A stretch of 64,000 bases of DNA. Source: Candidatus Methylomirabilota bacterium. GTDB taxonomy: Bacteria; Methylomirabilota; Methylomirabilia; Rokubacteriales; CSP1-6. This document shows positions 29,169-38,542 of the stretch, piece by piece (position 1 is the first letter of the stretch; the number at the start of each line of letters is the position of its first letter). The notes under the pieces are model-generated. The model was not told where the DNA came from. It saw nothing but the letters and a program-made list of their open reading frames with translations, and ran no database searches. The position numbers and the translations under genes are program-made. The stretch lies in NCBI GenBank assembly GCA_036506275.1, contig DASXSB010000030.1, positions 46,683 through 110,682 on the forward strand, written 5' to 3'.

Positions 29169-30908
29169 ATGCCTCCGCCTCAGCCCAAGCTCGGGCAGCC
29201 CGCGAACCGCCGCCTCGGTGACCTCCTCGTCGCCGACGGACTCATCACGGACGAACAGCTCAGAAAGGCTCTCGCCGAGCAGCGCGGGACGGGGGAAAAG
29301 CTCGGGAGCATCCTCGTTCGCCTCAATCTCGTGAACGAGGAGCAGTTGACGGGCTTCCTGTCCCGGCAGTACGGCATCCCGTCCATCACGCTCTCCCAGC
29401 TCGACGTCGATCCGGAATTGCTGCGCCTGGTGCCGTCTCAGATCGCGAAGAAGTACGAGGTCCTCCCCATCCGGCGCGTGGGCGACTCCCTGGCGCTCGC
29501 CATGGCCGACCCCACCAACGTCTTCGCCCTCGACGACGTCGCCTTCATGACCAATTTGAAGGTGCTGCCGCTAGTGGCGCCCCAGGCGGCGATCCGGAAG
29601 GCGATCGACCGCTTCTACGACAACCAGAGCGACGCCATCTCGGGCGTGCTCACCGCCCTCACCAGCGAGGCGCCCAACGTCGAAGTGGTCGACAGCGACG
29701 AGTCCGCCAACAAGGTCGACGTCTTCGAGCTCAAGGAATCGGCGGACGAGGCGCCCGTCGTCAAGCTCGTCAACATGGTGCTCGTCGACGCCATCCAGAA
29801 AGGGACGTCGGACATTCACTTCGAGCCGTACGAGAAAGTGTTCCGGATCCGGTTCCGCATCGACGGCGTGCTCCAGGAGGTGCTCGCTCCCCCCAAGAAG
29901 CTCGAGTCGGCGCTCATCTCCCGGCTCAAGATCATGTCGAACCTCGACATCGCGGAGCGTCGACTGCCCCAGGACGGCCGCATCAAGCTGCGCTACAACC
30001 AGCGCGAGATCGACTTCCGGGTGTCGATCCTGCCCACGATCTTCGGCGAGAAGGCCGTGCTCCGTATCCTCGACAAGGAAGCGCTGAAGCTCGACCTCAC
30101 CCAGCTCGGCTTCGATCCCTGGAGCCTCGAGAACTTCGATAAGGCGATCAACCAGCCGTACGGGATGGTCCTGATCACGGGCCCCACTGGCTCCGGCAAG
30201 ACGACCACGCTGTACTCCGCGATCCACACCATCAACTCTCCCGACGTCAACATCATGACGGCGGAGGATCCCGTCGAGTACAACCTCAAGGGCGTCAACC
30301 AGGTGCAGATCGACGAAGGCGTGGGTCGGACGTTCGCGGCCGCTCTCCGCTCGTTCCTGCGGCAGGACCCGGACGTCATCCTCGTCGGCGAGACCCGGGA
30401 CCTGGAAACCGCGCAAATCGCCATCCGGGCCGCGCTCACCGGCCATCTCGTCTTCACGACCCTCCACACCAACGACTGTCCTTCCACCATCGCCCGGCTC
30501 ATCGACATGGGCGTCCCCAACTTCCTGGTGGCGTCGTCGATGCAGCTCATCCTCGCCCAGCGTCTCGGGCGCAAGGTCTGCAAGCAGTGTCGCGAGCCCT
30601 ATGACACCGACGAGGAAACGCTGGTGCCGTACGGCCATGTGCTGAGCGGCGTGGGCAAGACGCAGTTCTACAAGGGCAAGGGGTGCCCCGCCTGCAACCA
30701 GACCGGGATGAAGGGCCGCGTCGCCATCTACGAGGTAATGCCGATCACCGAGGAACTACGCGACCTTATCCTCAAGAACGCGTCCACCGCCGAGCTCAGG
30801 TCCATGGCGCAAGCGCAGGGCATGAAGACCCTCCGCCAGGCAGGCCTTTTGAAGGTGCTCGACGGAACCACGACGCTGGACGAGGTCCTTCGCGTTACGA
30901 TCGCGTAG
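29169..30908 (+). CDS. pilB: Type IV pilus assembly ATPase PilB
   Basis: N-terminal GSPII_E N domain is present. Walker A GPTGSGKTTT, Asp box, Walker B and the tetracysteine motif CKQC...CPAC are present. Confidence 0.9.
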   Translation: MPPPQPKLGQPANRRLGDLLVADGLITDEQLRKALAEQRGTGEKLGSILVRLNLVNEEQLTGFLSRQYGIPSITLSQLDVDPELLRLVPSQIAKKYEVLPIRRVGDSLALAMADPTNVFALDDVAFMTNLKVLPLVAPQAAIRKAIDRFYDNQSDAISGVLTALTSEAPNVEVVDSDESANKVDVFELKESADEAPVVKLVNMVLVDAIQKGTSDIHFEPYEKVFRIRFRIDGVLQEVLAPPKKLESALISRLKIMSNLDIAERRLPQDGRIKLRYNQREIDFRVSILPTIFGEKAVLRILDKEALKLDLTQLGFDPWSLENFDKAINQPYGMVLITGPTGSGKTTTLYSAIHTINSPDVNIMTAEDPVEYNLKGVNQVQIDEGVGRTFAAALRSFLRQDPDVILVGETRDLETAQIAIRAALTGHLVFTTLHTNDCPSTIARLIDMGVPNFLVASSMQLILAQRLGRKVCKQCREPYDTDEETLVPYGHVLSGVGKTQFYKGKGCPACNQTGMKGRVAIYEVMPITEELRDLILKNASTAELRSMAQAQGMKTLRQAGLLKVLDGTTTLDEVLRVTIA

Positions 30909-30973
30909 GGAAGCCTCGCCGGCGGCCGGCGCCGGGACGTGCATCATTCTCGTCACACCGTAGGAGACGGCGC

Positions 30974-32188
30974 ATGGCTGTGTTCGCGTACCGGGGCAGG
31001 TCCACGGCGGGAGCCGTGTCCGGTGAGGTGGAGGCCGACGACCGGCTGGCGGCGGTCACGCAGCTCCGAGCCAAGGGCGTCGTACCGACCGCGGTCGAGG
31101 AGCGCAAGGGGAAGACGGCGGCGGCCACCGCCGGCACCAAGAAGATCCGCGGCAAGGTCAAGGACAAGGACCTCGCCATCTACACCCGGCAGTTCTCCAC
31201 CATGGTCGACGCCGGACTCCCCATCGCGCAATGCCTCCAGATCCTGTCCGAGCAGAGCGACTCGAAGCCCTTGCGCGAGGTGACCGCGCTCATCGCCCGC
31301 GACGTCGAGGGAGGCTCCACGCTGGGCGACTCCTTCCGCAAGTATCCGCGGGTCTTCGATGACCTCTTCACGAACATGCTCCAGGTCGGGGAGTCGGGTG
31401 GCGTGCTCGACGTGGTCCTCCAGCGCCTCTCCGGCTACATCGAGAAGGCGGCCGCCCTCAAGCGGAAGGTCAAGGGCGCGATGGTGTATCCAATCACCAT
31501 CATCTCCGTCGCCTGTCTCATCATCATCTTCATGATGGTGTTCGTCATCCCGACGTTTGCCACCATGTTCAAGAACCTCGGCGCCGAGCTTCCCCTGCCC
31601 ACGAAGATCGTCATGTGGGCGTCGGACTTCACGCGGAAGTACATCATCTTCATGATCCTCGCCATCGCCGGCCTCATCTACGCCTTCAAGCGCTACTACC
31701 GGACGGAGAACGGCAGCACCGTCATCGACACCTTCATGCTGAAGGTGCCCGTCATCGGCATGCTGATCCGGAAGGTGGCGGTGGCGCGCTTCACGCGCAC
31801 GCTGGGGACGCTGATCTCGTCCGGCGTGCCGATTCTCGAAGGGCTCCGCATCACCGCGCGCTCCGCGCAGAACCGCGTGGTGGAGAAGGCCGTTATGCAG
31901 GCCCGCTCGGCGGTGACGTCGGGCCGCACGCTCGCGGAGCCCCTGAAGGGCACGCCGGTCTTCCCGCCCATGGTCGTCCACATGATCAACGTCGGTGAGA
32001 ACACGGGCGCTCTCGACGCCATGCTCTCCAAGATCGCCGACTTCTACGACGACGAGGTCGACACCGCCGTCAGCGCCCTCACGTCGTTGCTGGAACCGCT
32101 CATGATCGTGTTCCTGGGCGTGGTCGTGGGCGGACTCGTGGTCGCGATGTACATGCCGATCTTCAAGCTGGTGACGCTGGTCAAGTAG
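30974..32188 (+). CDS. pilC: Type IV pilus inner-membrane platform protein PilC
   Basis: Track ORF 30683..; real start at M98 (MAVFAYRGRS..., RBS TAGGAGA). It has two GspF-type repeats with three TM segments. Confidence 0.9.
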   Translation: MAVFAYRGRSTAGAVSGEVEADDRLAAVTQLRAKGVVPTAVEERKGKTAAATAGTKKIRGKVKDKDLAIYTRQFSTMVDAGLPIAQCLQILSEQSDSKPLREVTALIARDVEGGSTLGDSFRKYPRVFDDLFTNMLQVGESGGVLDVVLQRLSGYIEKAAALKRKVKGAMVYPITIISVACLIIIFMMVFVIPTFATMFKNLGAELPLPTKIVMWASDFTRKYIIFMILAIAGLIYAFKRYYRTENGSTVIDTFMLKVPVIGMLIRKVAVARFTRTLGTLISSGVPILEGLRITARSAQNRVVEKAVMQARSAVTSGRTLAEPLKGTPVFPPMVVHMINVGENTGALDAMLSKIADFYDDEVDTAVSALTSLLEPLMIVFLGVVVGGLVVAMYMPIFKLVTLVK

Positions 32189-33798
32189 TGAAGTCGCTCG
32201 ACGCCAACCGCCTCCTGCGCGGGTTCTCGTGGGTGCGGCTGGGGCTCGCCGAGCTCCTGCTCGTGGTGGGACCGCTCCTCCCTCCCGAGCTGATGCCGGG
32301 AACCAATGCCGGCATCCTCGCCCTCGCGTTGCCGGTGGCGGTGGTGTCCTCGGGGGCCATCTTGCTCTTCGGCCCCGTGGCGCAGCCCCGCCGCATCGCC
32401 TGGTTCCTGTGCTTGCTCGACGTCACGTTGATCACGGCGGTCGTGGCCGCCACCGGCGGCGCGCGCTCGATCTTCGCCTTCCTGTACGTGCTCTCCGTCA
32501 CCGGCGCCTGCGTGCTGCTGTCGCGGACGGGTGGCCTCGGCATCGCCGCCGTGTGCAGCGTCCTCTACACCGGCCTCGTGCTCGGACGGACCGTCTTTCC
32601 CATGAACGTCTTCTTCGAGGCACCGGGAGAGACGACCGCCCTCGAGGTCCTCACGATCTTCCTCAATTCCGGGACGTTCCTCATCGTGGCGATCGTGGCG
32701 GGCGGCGTTGCCGAGCAATTCCGGACCGTGCACGAGGAGCTGGAGACGGAGCGGAAGAACCTCAGCGACCTCCAGGCCTTCAAGGACCTCGTCTTCCAGT
32801 CGCTCGACACGGGCGTCATCGCCCTCGACCTCGAGGCGCGCGTGACCGCGTTCAACCGGGCCGCGGAGCGGATCACGGGGCTGTCGGCCCACGACGCCAT
32901 CGGGCGCCGGTGGACGGCGCTCTTCGGACCCGGCGTCGCCCTCGACGCCGTGGAGGCCGCCATCGATGCGGGAGCGCGGACGGGTCCGCGCCACGAGCTG
33001 ATGCTGCCGTATGCGCGGGGCGGCACCGTCCCCGTGCGCGTGGCCTTCTCCGCCGTCCGTTCCGCCGACGGCACGCGCGTGGGCATCATCGCGCTCTGCG
33101 AGGACCTCTCCACGCTGCGCGAGATGGAGGAGCGCGTTCGCCAGGCCGATCGTCTCGCCACCCTCGGTCGCATGGCCGCCAACATCGCGCACGAGATCCG
33201 CAATCCATTGGCGTCGATGACGGGCGCCCTCGAGGCCCTCACGAGCGGCCTCCCCACCGAGGAGCGTGACCGCCTCGCCCAGATCGTGCTGCGCGAGTCT
33301 GACCGGCTGAACGAGATCATCAAGAACTTCCTGGAGTACGCGCGTCCGGCTCCCATTGTCTTAGAATCGGTCGATGTGGCGCACGCGCTCGACGAGGTTC
33401 TGGTCCTCCTCGAGCACCGGGGCAAGTCGCTCAAGATCGTACGCGAATTCACGGGACCGATCCCCTGGCGCGTCGATCCCCAGCAATTCCGCCAGGCCAT
33501 CTGGAACCTCTGCTTGAATGCGGTGGAAGCGATGACGGACGGCGGAGAGCTGCGCGTGGGAGCCGAGATCCGGCGCCGGCGGCTCGAAGTGTGGGTGGCC
33601 GACACCGGGGAAGGCATCGGGGCCGGCGATCTTTCGCACATCTTCGAGCCGTTCTTCTCCACCAAGCCGAACGGCAGCGGTCTCGGCCTCGCTCTCGTCC
33701 ACCGCATCGCGCAGGATCACGGCGGCGACGTCGACGTCCGTAGCGCGCCCGGCTTCGGCAGCCACTTCACCCTTACCCTTCCCGCCCACGATGGCTGA
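32188..33798 (+). CDS. pilS: PilS-like sensor histidine kinase (multi-TM sensor, PAS, HisKA, HATPase)
   Basis: About 6 N-terminal TM helices are present. H-box reads IAHEIRNPLASM. G-boxes DTGEGIG and GSGLGLALV are present. GTG start overlaps the pilC stop by 1 nt. Confidence 0.8.
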   Translation: MKSLDANRLLRGFSWVRLGLAELLLVVGPLLPPELMPGTNAGILALALPVAVVSSGAILLFGPVAQPRRIAWFLCLLDVTLITAVVAATGGARSIFAFLYVLSVTGACVLLSRTGGLGIAAVCSVLYTGLVLGRTVFPMNVFFEAPGETTALEVLTIFLNSGTFLIVAIVAGGVAEQFRTVHEELETERKNLSDLQAFKDLVFQSLDTGVIALDLEARVTAFNRAAERITGLSAHDAIGRRWTALFGPGVALDAVEAAIDAGARTGPRHELMLPYARGGTVPVRVAFSAVRSADGTRVGIIALCEDLSTLREMEERVRQADRLATLGRMAANIAHEIRNPLASMTGALEALTSGLPTEERDRLAQIVLRESDRLNEIIKNFLEYARPAPIVLESVDVAHALDEVLVLLEHRGKSLKIVREFTGPIPWRVDPQQFRQAIWNLCLNAVEAMTDGGELRVGAEIRRRRLEVWVADTGEGIGAGDLSHIFEPFFSTKPNGSGLGLALVHRIAQDHGGDVDVRSAPGFGSHFTLTLPAHDG

Positions 33799-35191
33799 CG
33801 CGCGCGTCCTCGTCGTCGACGACGAGCGGAGCATGCGTGATCTGCTCTCGATCATGCTGAAGCAGAGCGGATATCACGTGGTGGCCGCCGACGGCGGCGA
33901 AGAGGCGCTGGCCGCCATCGCCCAGGAGCCCTTCGACCTCGTCATCACCGACCTCCGGATGCGGAAGGTCGACGGCATCGCCGTCCTCCGCGCGGCCAAG
34001 GAGCATTCGCCGCACACGGTCGTCCTCGTGGTGACCGCCTTCGCGTCCACGGAGACGGCGGTGGAGGCCATGAAGCTCGGCGCCTACGACTACATCACCA
34101 AACCGTTCAAGCTCGACGAGATCAAGCTGATCATCGCCAACGCCATCGAGCGCAAGCGTTTGCAGGACGAGAACGTCGCCCTCAAGCGCCAGCTCCGCAA
34201 GGAACGCGGGTTCGAGCACTTCATCGGCAAGAGCCGGAGCATGCTCGAGGTCTTCGAGACCATTCGCAAGACGGCCGACAGCGGCTCCACGGTGGTGGTC
34301 ACGGGCGAGAGCGGTACCGGGAAGGAGCTGGTGGCGCAGGCCATCCACGGCGAGAGCGCGCGGCGACAGGGGCCGTTCGTCTCCGTGAACTGCGGCGCCG
34401 TGCCCGAGAACCTGATGGAATCGGAGCTGTTCGGGCACATGAAAGGCGCGTTCACGGGTGCCATCGCCACCACGGAGGGACTGTTCGCGGCCGCCCACGG
34501 AGGGACACTGTTTCTCGACGAAATCACCGAAATACCGCAGTCGGTGCAGGTGAAGCTCCTGCGCGCCATCCAGGAGCGGGAGATCAGGCGGGTGGGCGAC
34601 GTGAAAGACGTGAAGGTCGACGTTCGTCTCATCGCCGCCTCCAACCGCGACCTCGCGAAGGCCATGGCGCAAGGGACGCTCCGGGAGGACCTCTTCTATC
34701 GGCTCAACGTCATCCCCATCCAGCTTCCGCCGCTGCGGGACCGCCGCGAGGACATCCCGCTCCTCGTCGCGCACTTCATCCAGAAGATCTGCCGGGAGAC
34801 CGGCAAGGACGTCCGCGGCGTCACCCCGGAAGCCCTCGCGATCCTCGAGTCGTATGCGTGGCCGGGCAACATCCGCGAACTGGAGAACGTGATCGAGCGC
34901 GCGATCGTGCTCGGAGGCGGGCCCATGGTGCGGCCGGAGGCGCTGCCGCCCACGCTGCGGTCGCCGTCGAGCGTCCACGACGTAGCGGTGGAGATTCCCG
35001 AAGGTGGTCTCGACCTCGAAGCCACCATCGACCGCGTCGAGCAGCGCTACATCGAGCTCGCGCTTGCGCGTGCGGGCGGCGTGCAGACACGCGCCGCCGA
35101 GCTCCTCGGGGTGAGCTTCCGGCAGTTCCGCTACAAGCTCCACAAGCACACGGCGAAGACACCCCGGGCCACCTCACCGGATCACCGGTGA
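33791..35191 (+). CDS. pilR: Sigma-54-dependent response regulator PilR
   Basis: Receiver VLVVDDERSMRDLL...DLVITDLRMRKVDG. AAA+ GESGTGKELVAQAIH / GAFTGA. C-terminal HTH. The start overlaps the pilS stop. Confidence 0.9.
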   Translation: MADARVLVVDDERSMRDLLSIMLKQSGYHVVAADGGEEALAAIAQEPFDLVITDLRMRKVDGIAVLRAAKEHSPHTVVLVVTAFASTETAVEAMKLGAYDYITKPFKLDEIKLIIANAIERKRLQDENVALKRQLRKERGFEHFIGKSRSMLEVFETIRKTADSGSTVVVTGESGTGKELVAQAIHGESARRQGPFVSVNCGAVPENLMESELFGHMKGAFTGAIATTEGLFAAAHGGTLFLDEITEIPQSVQVKLLRAIQEREIRRVGDVKDVKVDVRLIAASNRDLAKAMAQGTLREDLFYRLNVIPIQLPPLRDRREDIPLLVAHFIQKICRETGKDVRGVTPEALAILESYAWPGNIRELENVIERAIVLGGGPMVRPEALPPTLRSPSSVHDVAVEIPEGGLDLEATIDRVEQRYIELALARAGGVQTRAAELLGVSFRQFRYKLHKHTAKTPRATSPDHR

Positions 35192-35297
35192 CGGATTTCG
35201 TCACGGCGCTTGTCAACGCCGGTCAAAGCGGCGCCCGCGCCGTCGATCGCCCGCACGCTAGTCGCCGATTCTAAAGACCCCGGCGCGAACCCGCGTT

Positions 35298-35313
35298 TGG
35301 CACCCCCCGTGCA
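35298..35313 (+). promoter_or_regulatory. Sigma-54 promoter (TGGCAC-N5-GTGCA) for pilA1
   Basis: TTTGGCACCCCCCGTGCACACC; GG at 35299-300 and GC at 35311-312 (canonical spacing). About 75 nt upstream of the pilA1 ATG. Confidence 0.6.
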
Positions 35314-35386
35314 CACCCTTTGGGTCACGACGCCGACGGCGTGGGCCGCCCGGCGCGCAAACAATCTTGACACCAGGGGGGCTTCA

Positions 35387-35806
35387 ATGATCGCGTTCTG
35401 GAATAAGAAACGTCTCACGCTCGGCAGCGAGCGTGGCTTCACGCTCATCGAGCTGATGATCGTGGTCGCGATCATCGGCATCCTGGCTGCCATCGCCATC
35501 CCGCTCTATGCGAACGTTCAGCAGCGCGCCCGTATCGCCAAGGTTCAGGCGGACCAGCGTGCGCTCGCGTCGGCTATCTCGATCTTTCAGGCGCACACGG
35601 GCGGGCTCCCGGCTGCGCTCGCGAACCTGACGGCCACCGTGTCGAACGGGCAGGGCCAGACGGCGGGCCCGTTCATTGCGCGCGAACCGTCGCCTCCCGG
35701 TGGCGGCACCCCGGCGTGGGGCGCGACCTACACGTACACGGATAACGGTAACGGCACGTTCACGCTCACGGCGACGGGTGACGGCACCACGATCACCACT
35801 CCGTAG
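35387..35806 (+). CDS. pilA: Type IVa major pilin PilA, copy 1 (139 aa precursor)
   Basis: Track ORF 35210..; start at M60. Class III leader MIAFWNKKRLTLGSERG|FTLIELMIVVAIIGILAAIAIP has Gly-1/Phe+1/Glu+5. No cysteines. The C-terminus is Thr/Gly-rich. Confidence 0.9.
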   Translation: MIAFWNKKRLTLGSERGFTLIELMIVVAIIGILAAIAIPLYANVQQRARIAKVQADQRALASAISIFQAHTGGLPAALANLTATVSNGQGQTAGPFIAREPSPPGGGTPAWGATYTYTDNGNGTFTLTATGDGTTITTP

Positions 35807-35838
35807 CGACAGCACGCTTCGCGCTCGGATGTATCGAC

Positions 35839-35870
35839 GGGGAGGCACCTGCCTCCCCGTTTTGTTTTGT
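35839..35870 (+). terminator. Rho-independent terminator after pilA1
   Basis: GGGGAGGC-acct-GCCTCCCC hairpin followed by GTTTTGTTTTGT. Confidence 0.6.
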
Positions 35871-36052
35871 GTGCCCTCGAGGGCACACGCCCGTCCGCTG
35901 GTGCGGTGGCGAGCGGCGTCAGTTTCTGAAGGCAACCCAGGTGACCGATTTTGTCAGCGCACGTGCCCAAAACCATCAGAAGCGGCATCGCGCGTGGCCG
36001 GCGGGTGTTCGTCAAACCAATGAATTCATTTCGGTCCCACCTGAAGGACCTT

Positions 36053-36068
36053 TGGCACTGGGCGTGCA
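36053..36068 (+). promoter_or_regulatory. Sigma-54 promoter (TGGCAC-N5-GTGCA) for pilA2
   Basis: TTTGGCACTGGGCGTGCACT with the same -24/-12 geometry as the pilA1 promoter. About 64 nt upstream of the pilA2 ATG. Confidence 0.6.
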
Positions 36069-36130
36069 CTACTCCGGCGGCAACGCGCCCGTGGGGGCGG
36101 ACAGGTAGAAGTCCAAAGGGGGAATTCGTC

Positions 36131-36550
36131 ATGATTCGTTTCTGGAACACGAAGCGCCTCACGCTCGGGAGTCAGCGTGGTTTCACGCTGATCGAGCTGA
36201 TGATCGTGGTCGCGATCATCGGTATCCTGGCGGCGATCGCCATCCCGCTCTATGCAAACGTTCAGCAGCGCGCCCGTATTGCGAAGGTGCAGGCCGACCA
36301 GCGCGCTCTCGCGTCGGCGATCTCGATCTACCAGGCTCACACGGGTGGGCTCCCGGCTGCGCTCGCGAACCTGACGGCTACCGTGTCCAACGGACAGGGT
36401 CAGACGGCGGGTCCCTTCGTGGCGCGTGTCCCTTCGCCTCCCGGTGGCGGCACCCCGGCGTGGGGCGCGACCTACACGTACACGGATAACGGTAACGGTA
36501 CGTTCACGCTCACGGCGACGGGTGACGGCACCACCATCACCACTCCGTAA
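36131..36550 (+). CDS. pilA: Type IVa major pilin PilA, copy 2 (139 aa; 6 substitutions vs copy 1)
   Basis: Track ORF 35951..; start at M61 (MIRFWNTKRLTLGSQRG|FTLIELMIVV...). The rest is near-identical to pilA1. Confidence 0.9.
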   Translation: MIRFWNTKRLTLGSQRGFTLIELMIVVAIIGILAAIAIPLYANVQQRARIAKVQADQRALASAISIYQAHTGGLPAALANLTATVSNGQGQTAGPFVARVPSPPGGGTPAWGATYTYTDNGNGTFTLTATGDGTTITTP

Positions 36551-36564
36551 CGCCGCTCTGGAAC

Positions 36565-36605
36565 ACGAGGCGGGGAGGGAGCATCCTCCCCGCCTCGTAT
36601 TTTCG
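36565..36605 (+). terminator. Rho-independent terminator after pilA2
   Basis: A 13-bp stem CGAGGCGGGGAGG / CCTCCCCGCCTCG with loop GAGCAT, followed by TATTTTCGG. Confidence 0.6.
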
Positions 36606-36619
36606 GCGGCCGGGGCCCT

Positions 36620-38542
36620 ATGCTCGACCGAACCATCAGCATCCTGACCGCCGCTGTCGCCGTCGACACCGAGTCCGCACCGTCCGATCGCGTCCGCGTT
36701 TCCCCGCTGACGCAGTACCTGCTGCCCGCTGCCCTCGCCGTGCTCGCGTTCCTGGTCTTCGCGCCCGCACTCTGGAACGGTTTCGTGGAATGGGACGACG
36801 ACGTCAATCTCCTCCGTAACACGCAATACCGTGGTCTCGGCTGGGCTCAGCTCCGCTGGATGCTCACGACGATCCTGATGGGCCACTACATTCCCCTCAC
36901 CTGGTTCACGTTCGGCCTCGACTTCACGATGTGGGGCATGGACCCCTTCGGGTATCACCTCACCAACCTGATCCTGCACGCGGCGAACACGGCCCTCGTC
37001 TACCTGGTCGCGCGGCGGCTGCTCTCGCGCGCGACGTCGCTGCGCGAGCCGCGTCTCGGTATTGCCGCCGCCACCGCCAGCGTGTTCTTCGCGGTTCATC
37101 CGCTGCGCGTGGAATCCGTGGTGTGGGTGACGGAGCGCCGCGACGTCCTCTCCGGCTTCTTCTTCCTCCTCGCCGTGCTGACGTACCTCGTCTCCACGGA
37201 CCACACCGGAGGTCGGAAGCGGTGGTTCCTGGCGGCGGGGGCCGCGTCGTTCGCGCTCGCGCTCGTCTCGAAATCGATCACCATGACGCTGCCGCTCGTC
37301 CTCGTGCTCCTCGACGTGTATCCGCTGCGACGGCTCGGTGGGGATCAGGGCTGGACGGGGCCCCGCGCGCGACTGGTGTGGATCGAGAAGCTTCCGTTCT
37401 TCGTGCTGGGAGCGGCCGGCGCCGCCGTCTCCTACTACGCCGTGTACGCGAACGCATTCTTGACGCCGCTCACCCGGTATCCGCTGCCGGCGCGCATTGC
37501 GATGACGCTCTACAGCGTCGCGTTCTATGTCGCGAAGACGGCGCTCCCCCTCGGGCTCTCCCCGATGTACGAGCTGCCCGCGCATCTCGACCCCTGGGAA
37601 CTGCGTTTCGTCGCGAGCGCGCTCTTCGTCATGCTCGTAAGCACGGTCACGCTCGTATTGTGGAAGCGGTCGCCGGCAGGGCTCGCCGTCTGGCTCTACT
37701 ACGGCATCGTGCTCGGCCCCGTCACCGGATTCATCCATTCCGGCCACCAGCTCGCCCACGATCGTTACAGCTATCTGTCCTGCCTCGGATGGGCGCTGCT
37801 GGTGGGGGGCACCGTGGGTGTCGTCCTTCGCGCGACGGCGCGCCGTCGTGTGCGTCCGTTCTTCGCGGTCCTGGCGGGCGTGGCCGGGATCGTCTGGCTC
37901 GTCGGCCTCGCCTTCCTCACCGTGCGCCAGAACGAGGCGTGGCGCGACACCGAGCGCCTGTGGTTGTACGCGCTGCAGGCCGATCCCACCTGCGCGGTGT
38001 GCCACAGCAACCTCGGCGCCTACCTCGTGAACCAGAACATGGTGGAGCCCGCGCTCCAGCATCTCCACCGCACGATCGAGCTCCGCCCGGAGCGCCTGAA
38101 GACCCACGGCAACATCGGCCTCGCGCTGCTCAAGCTCGGGCGCGTGGAGGAGGCGATTCCCCGCTTCCGTCTCGCCCTCGAGGAGGATCCTTACGACGTC
38201 GGCTTCCTCACGAACTTGAGCGTGGCCCTAATGCGGCAGGGCCGGACGGCGGAAGCGCTTCCCTATCTGGGCCGTGCCCTCGAACGCGACCCGGGCCACA
38301 TCCTCGCCCGCACGAATCTCGGCACTGCGCTCGCGAAGCTCGGGCAGCGCTCGGAAGCGCTCAAGCAGTACCGCCTGGCCCTCGCCATCGATGCCGACGC
38401 GCCCCCGCCCCATCTCGGTCTCGCCACGCTGTATCGTGAGAGCGGCGACATGGCGTCCGCGAGGCGGGAGTACGAGACGCTGCGTGCGCTCAAGTCTCCA
38501 CTCGCCGAGCAGATCAGTCCCGCCTTCATCGAGGAGTGGTGA
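36620..38542 (+). CDS. GT-C fold membrane glycosyltransferase-like protein (TMTC / PMT_2 / DUF1736-like) with C-terminal TPR repeats
   Basis: About 11 TM helices are present. A conserved loop motif reads FAVHPLRVESVVWVTERRDVLSGFFFLLA (HPxxxExVxWxxxRxDxL). The C-terminal ~200 aa are TPR repeats. Confidence 0.75.
   Translation: MLDRTISILTAAVAVDTESAPSDRVRVSPLTQYLLPAALAVLAFLVFAPALWNGFVEWDDDVNLLRNTQYRGLGWAQLRWMLTTILMGHYIPLTWFTFGLDFTMWGMDPFGYHLTNLILHAANTALVYLVARRLLSRATSLREPRLGIAAATASVFFAVHPLRVESVVWVTERRDVLSGFFFLLAVLTYLVSTDHTGGRKRWFLAAGAASFALALVSKSITMTLPLVLVLLDVYPLRRLGGDQGWTGPRARLVWIEKLPFFVLGAAGAAVSYYAVYANAFLTPLTRYPLPARIAMTLYSVAFYVAKTALPLGLSPMYELPAHLDPWELRFVASALFVMLVSTVTLVLWKRSPAGLAVWLYYGIVLGPVTGFIHSGHQLAHDRYSYLSCLGWALLVGGTVGVVLRATARRRVRPFFAVLAGVAGIVWLVGLAFLTVRQNEAWRDTERLWLYALQADPTCAVCHSNLGAYLVNQNMVEPALQHLHRTIELRPERLKTHGNIGLALLKLGRVEEAIPRFRLALEEDPYDVGFLTNLSVALMRQGRTAEALPYLGRALERDPGHILARTNLGTALAKLGQRSEALKQYRLALAIDADAPPPHLGLATLYRESGDMASARREYETLRALKSPLAEQISPAFIEEW

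Larger units (their letters stand above)
35290..36605 (+). repeat. Tandem duplication (~750-bp unit) of promoter-pilA-terminator
   Basis: The two units run about 35290-35870 and 36045-36605. They are near-identical at nucleotide level across promoter, CDS and terminator stem. The 5' UTR length differs by 11 nt. Confidence 0.7.

Noticed and set aside
36026-38107. 693-aa minus-strand ORF antisense to the GT-C/TPR gene
   Set aside because: The composition is Arg/Gly/Glu-rich and low-complexity, with no recognisable motif. It lies entirely opposite a well-supported sense gene. This is a typical high-GC antisense artefact.
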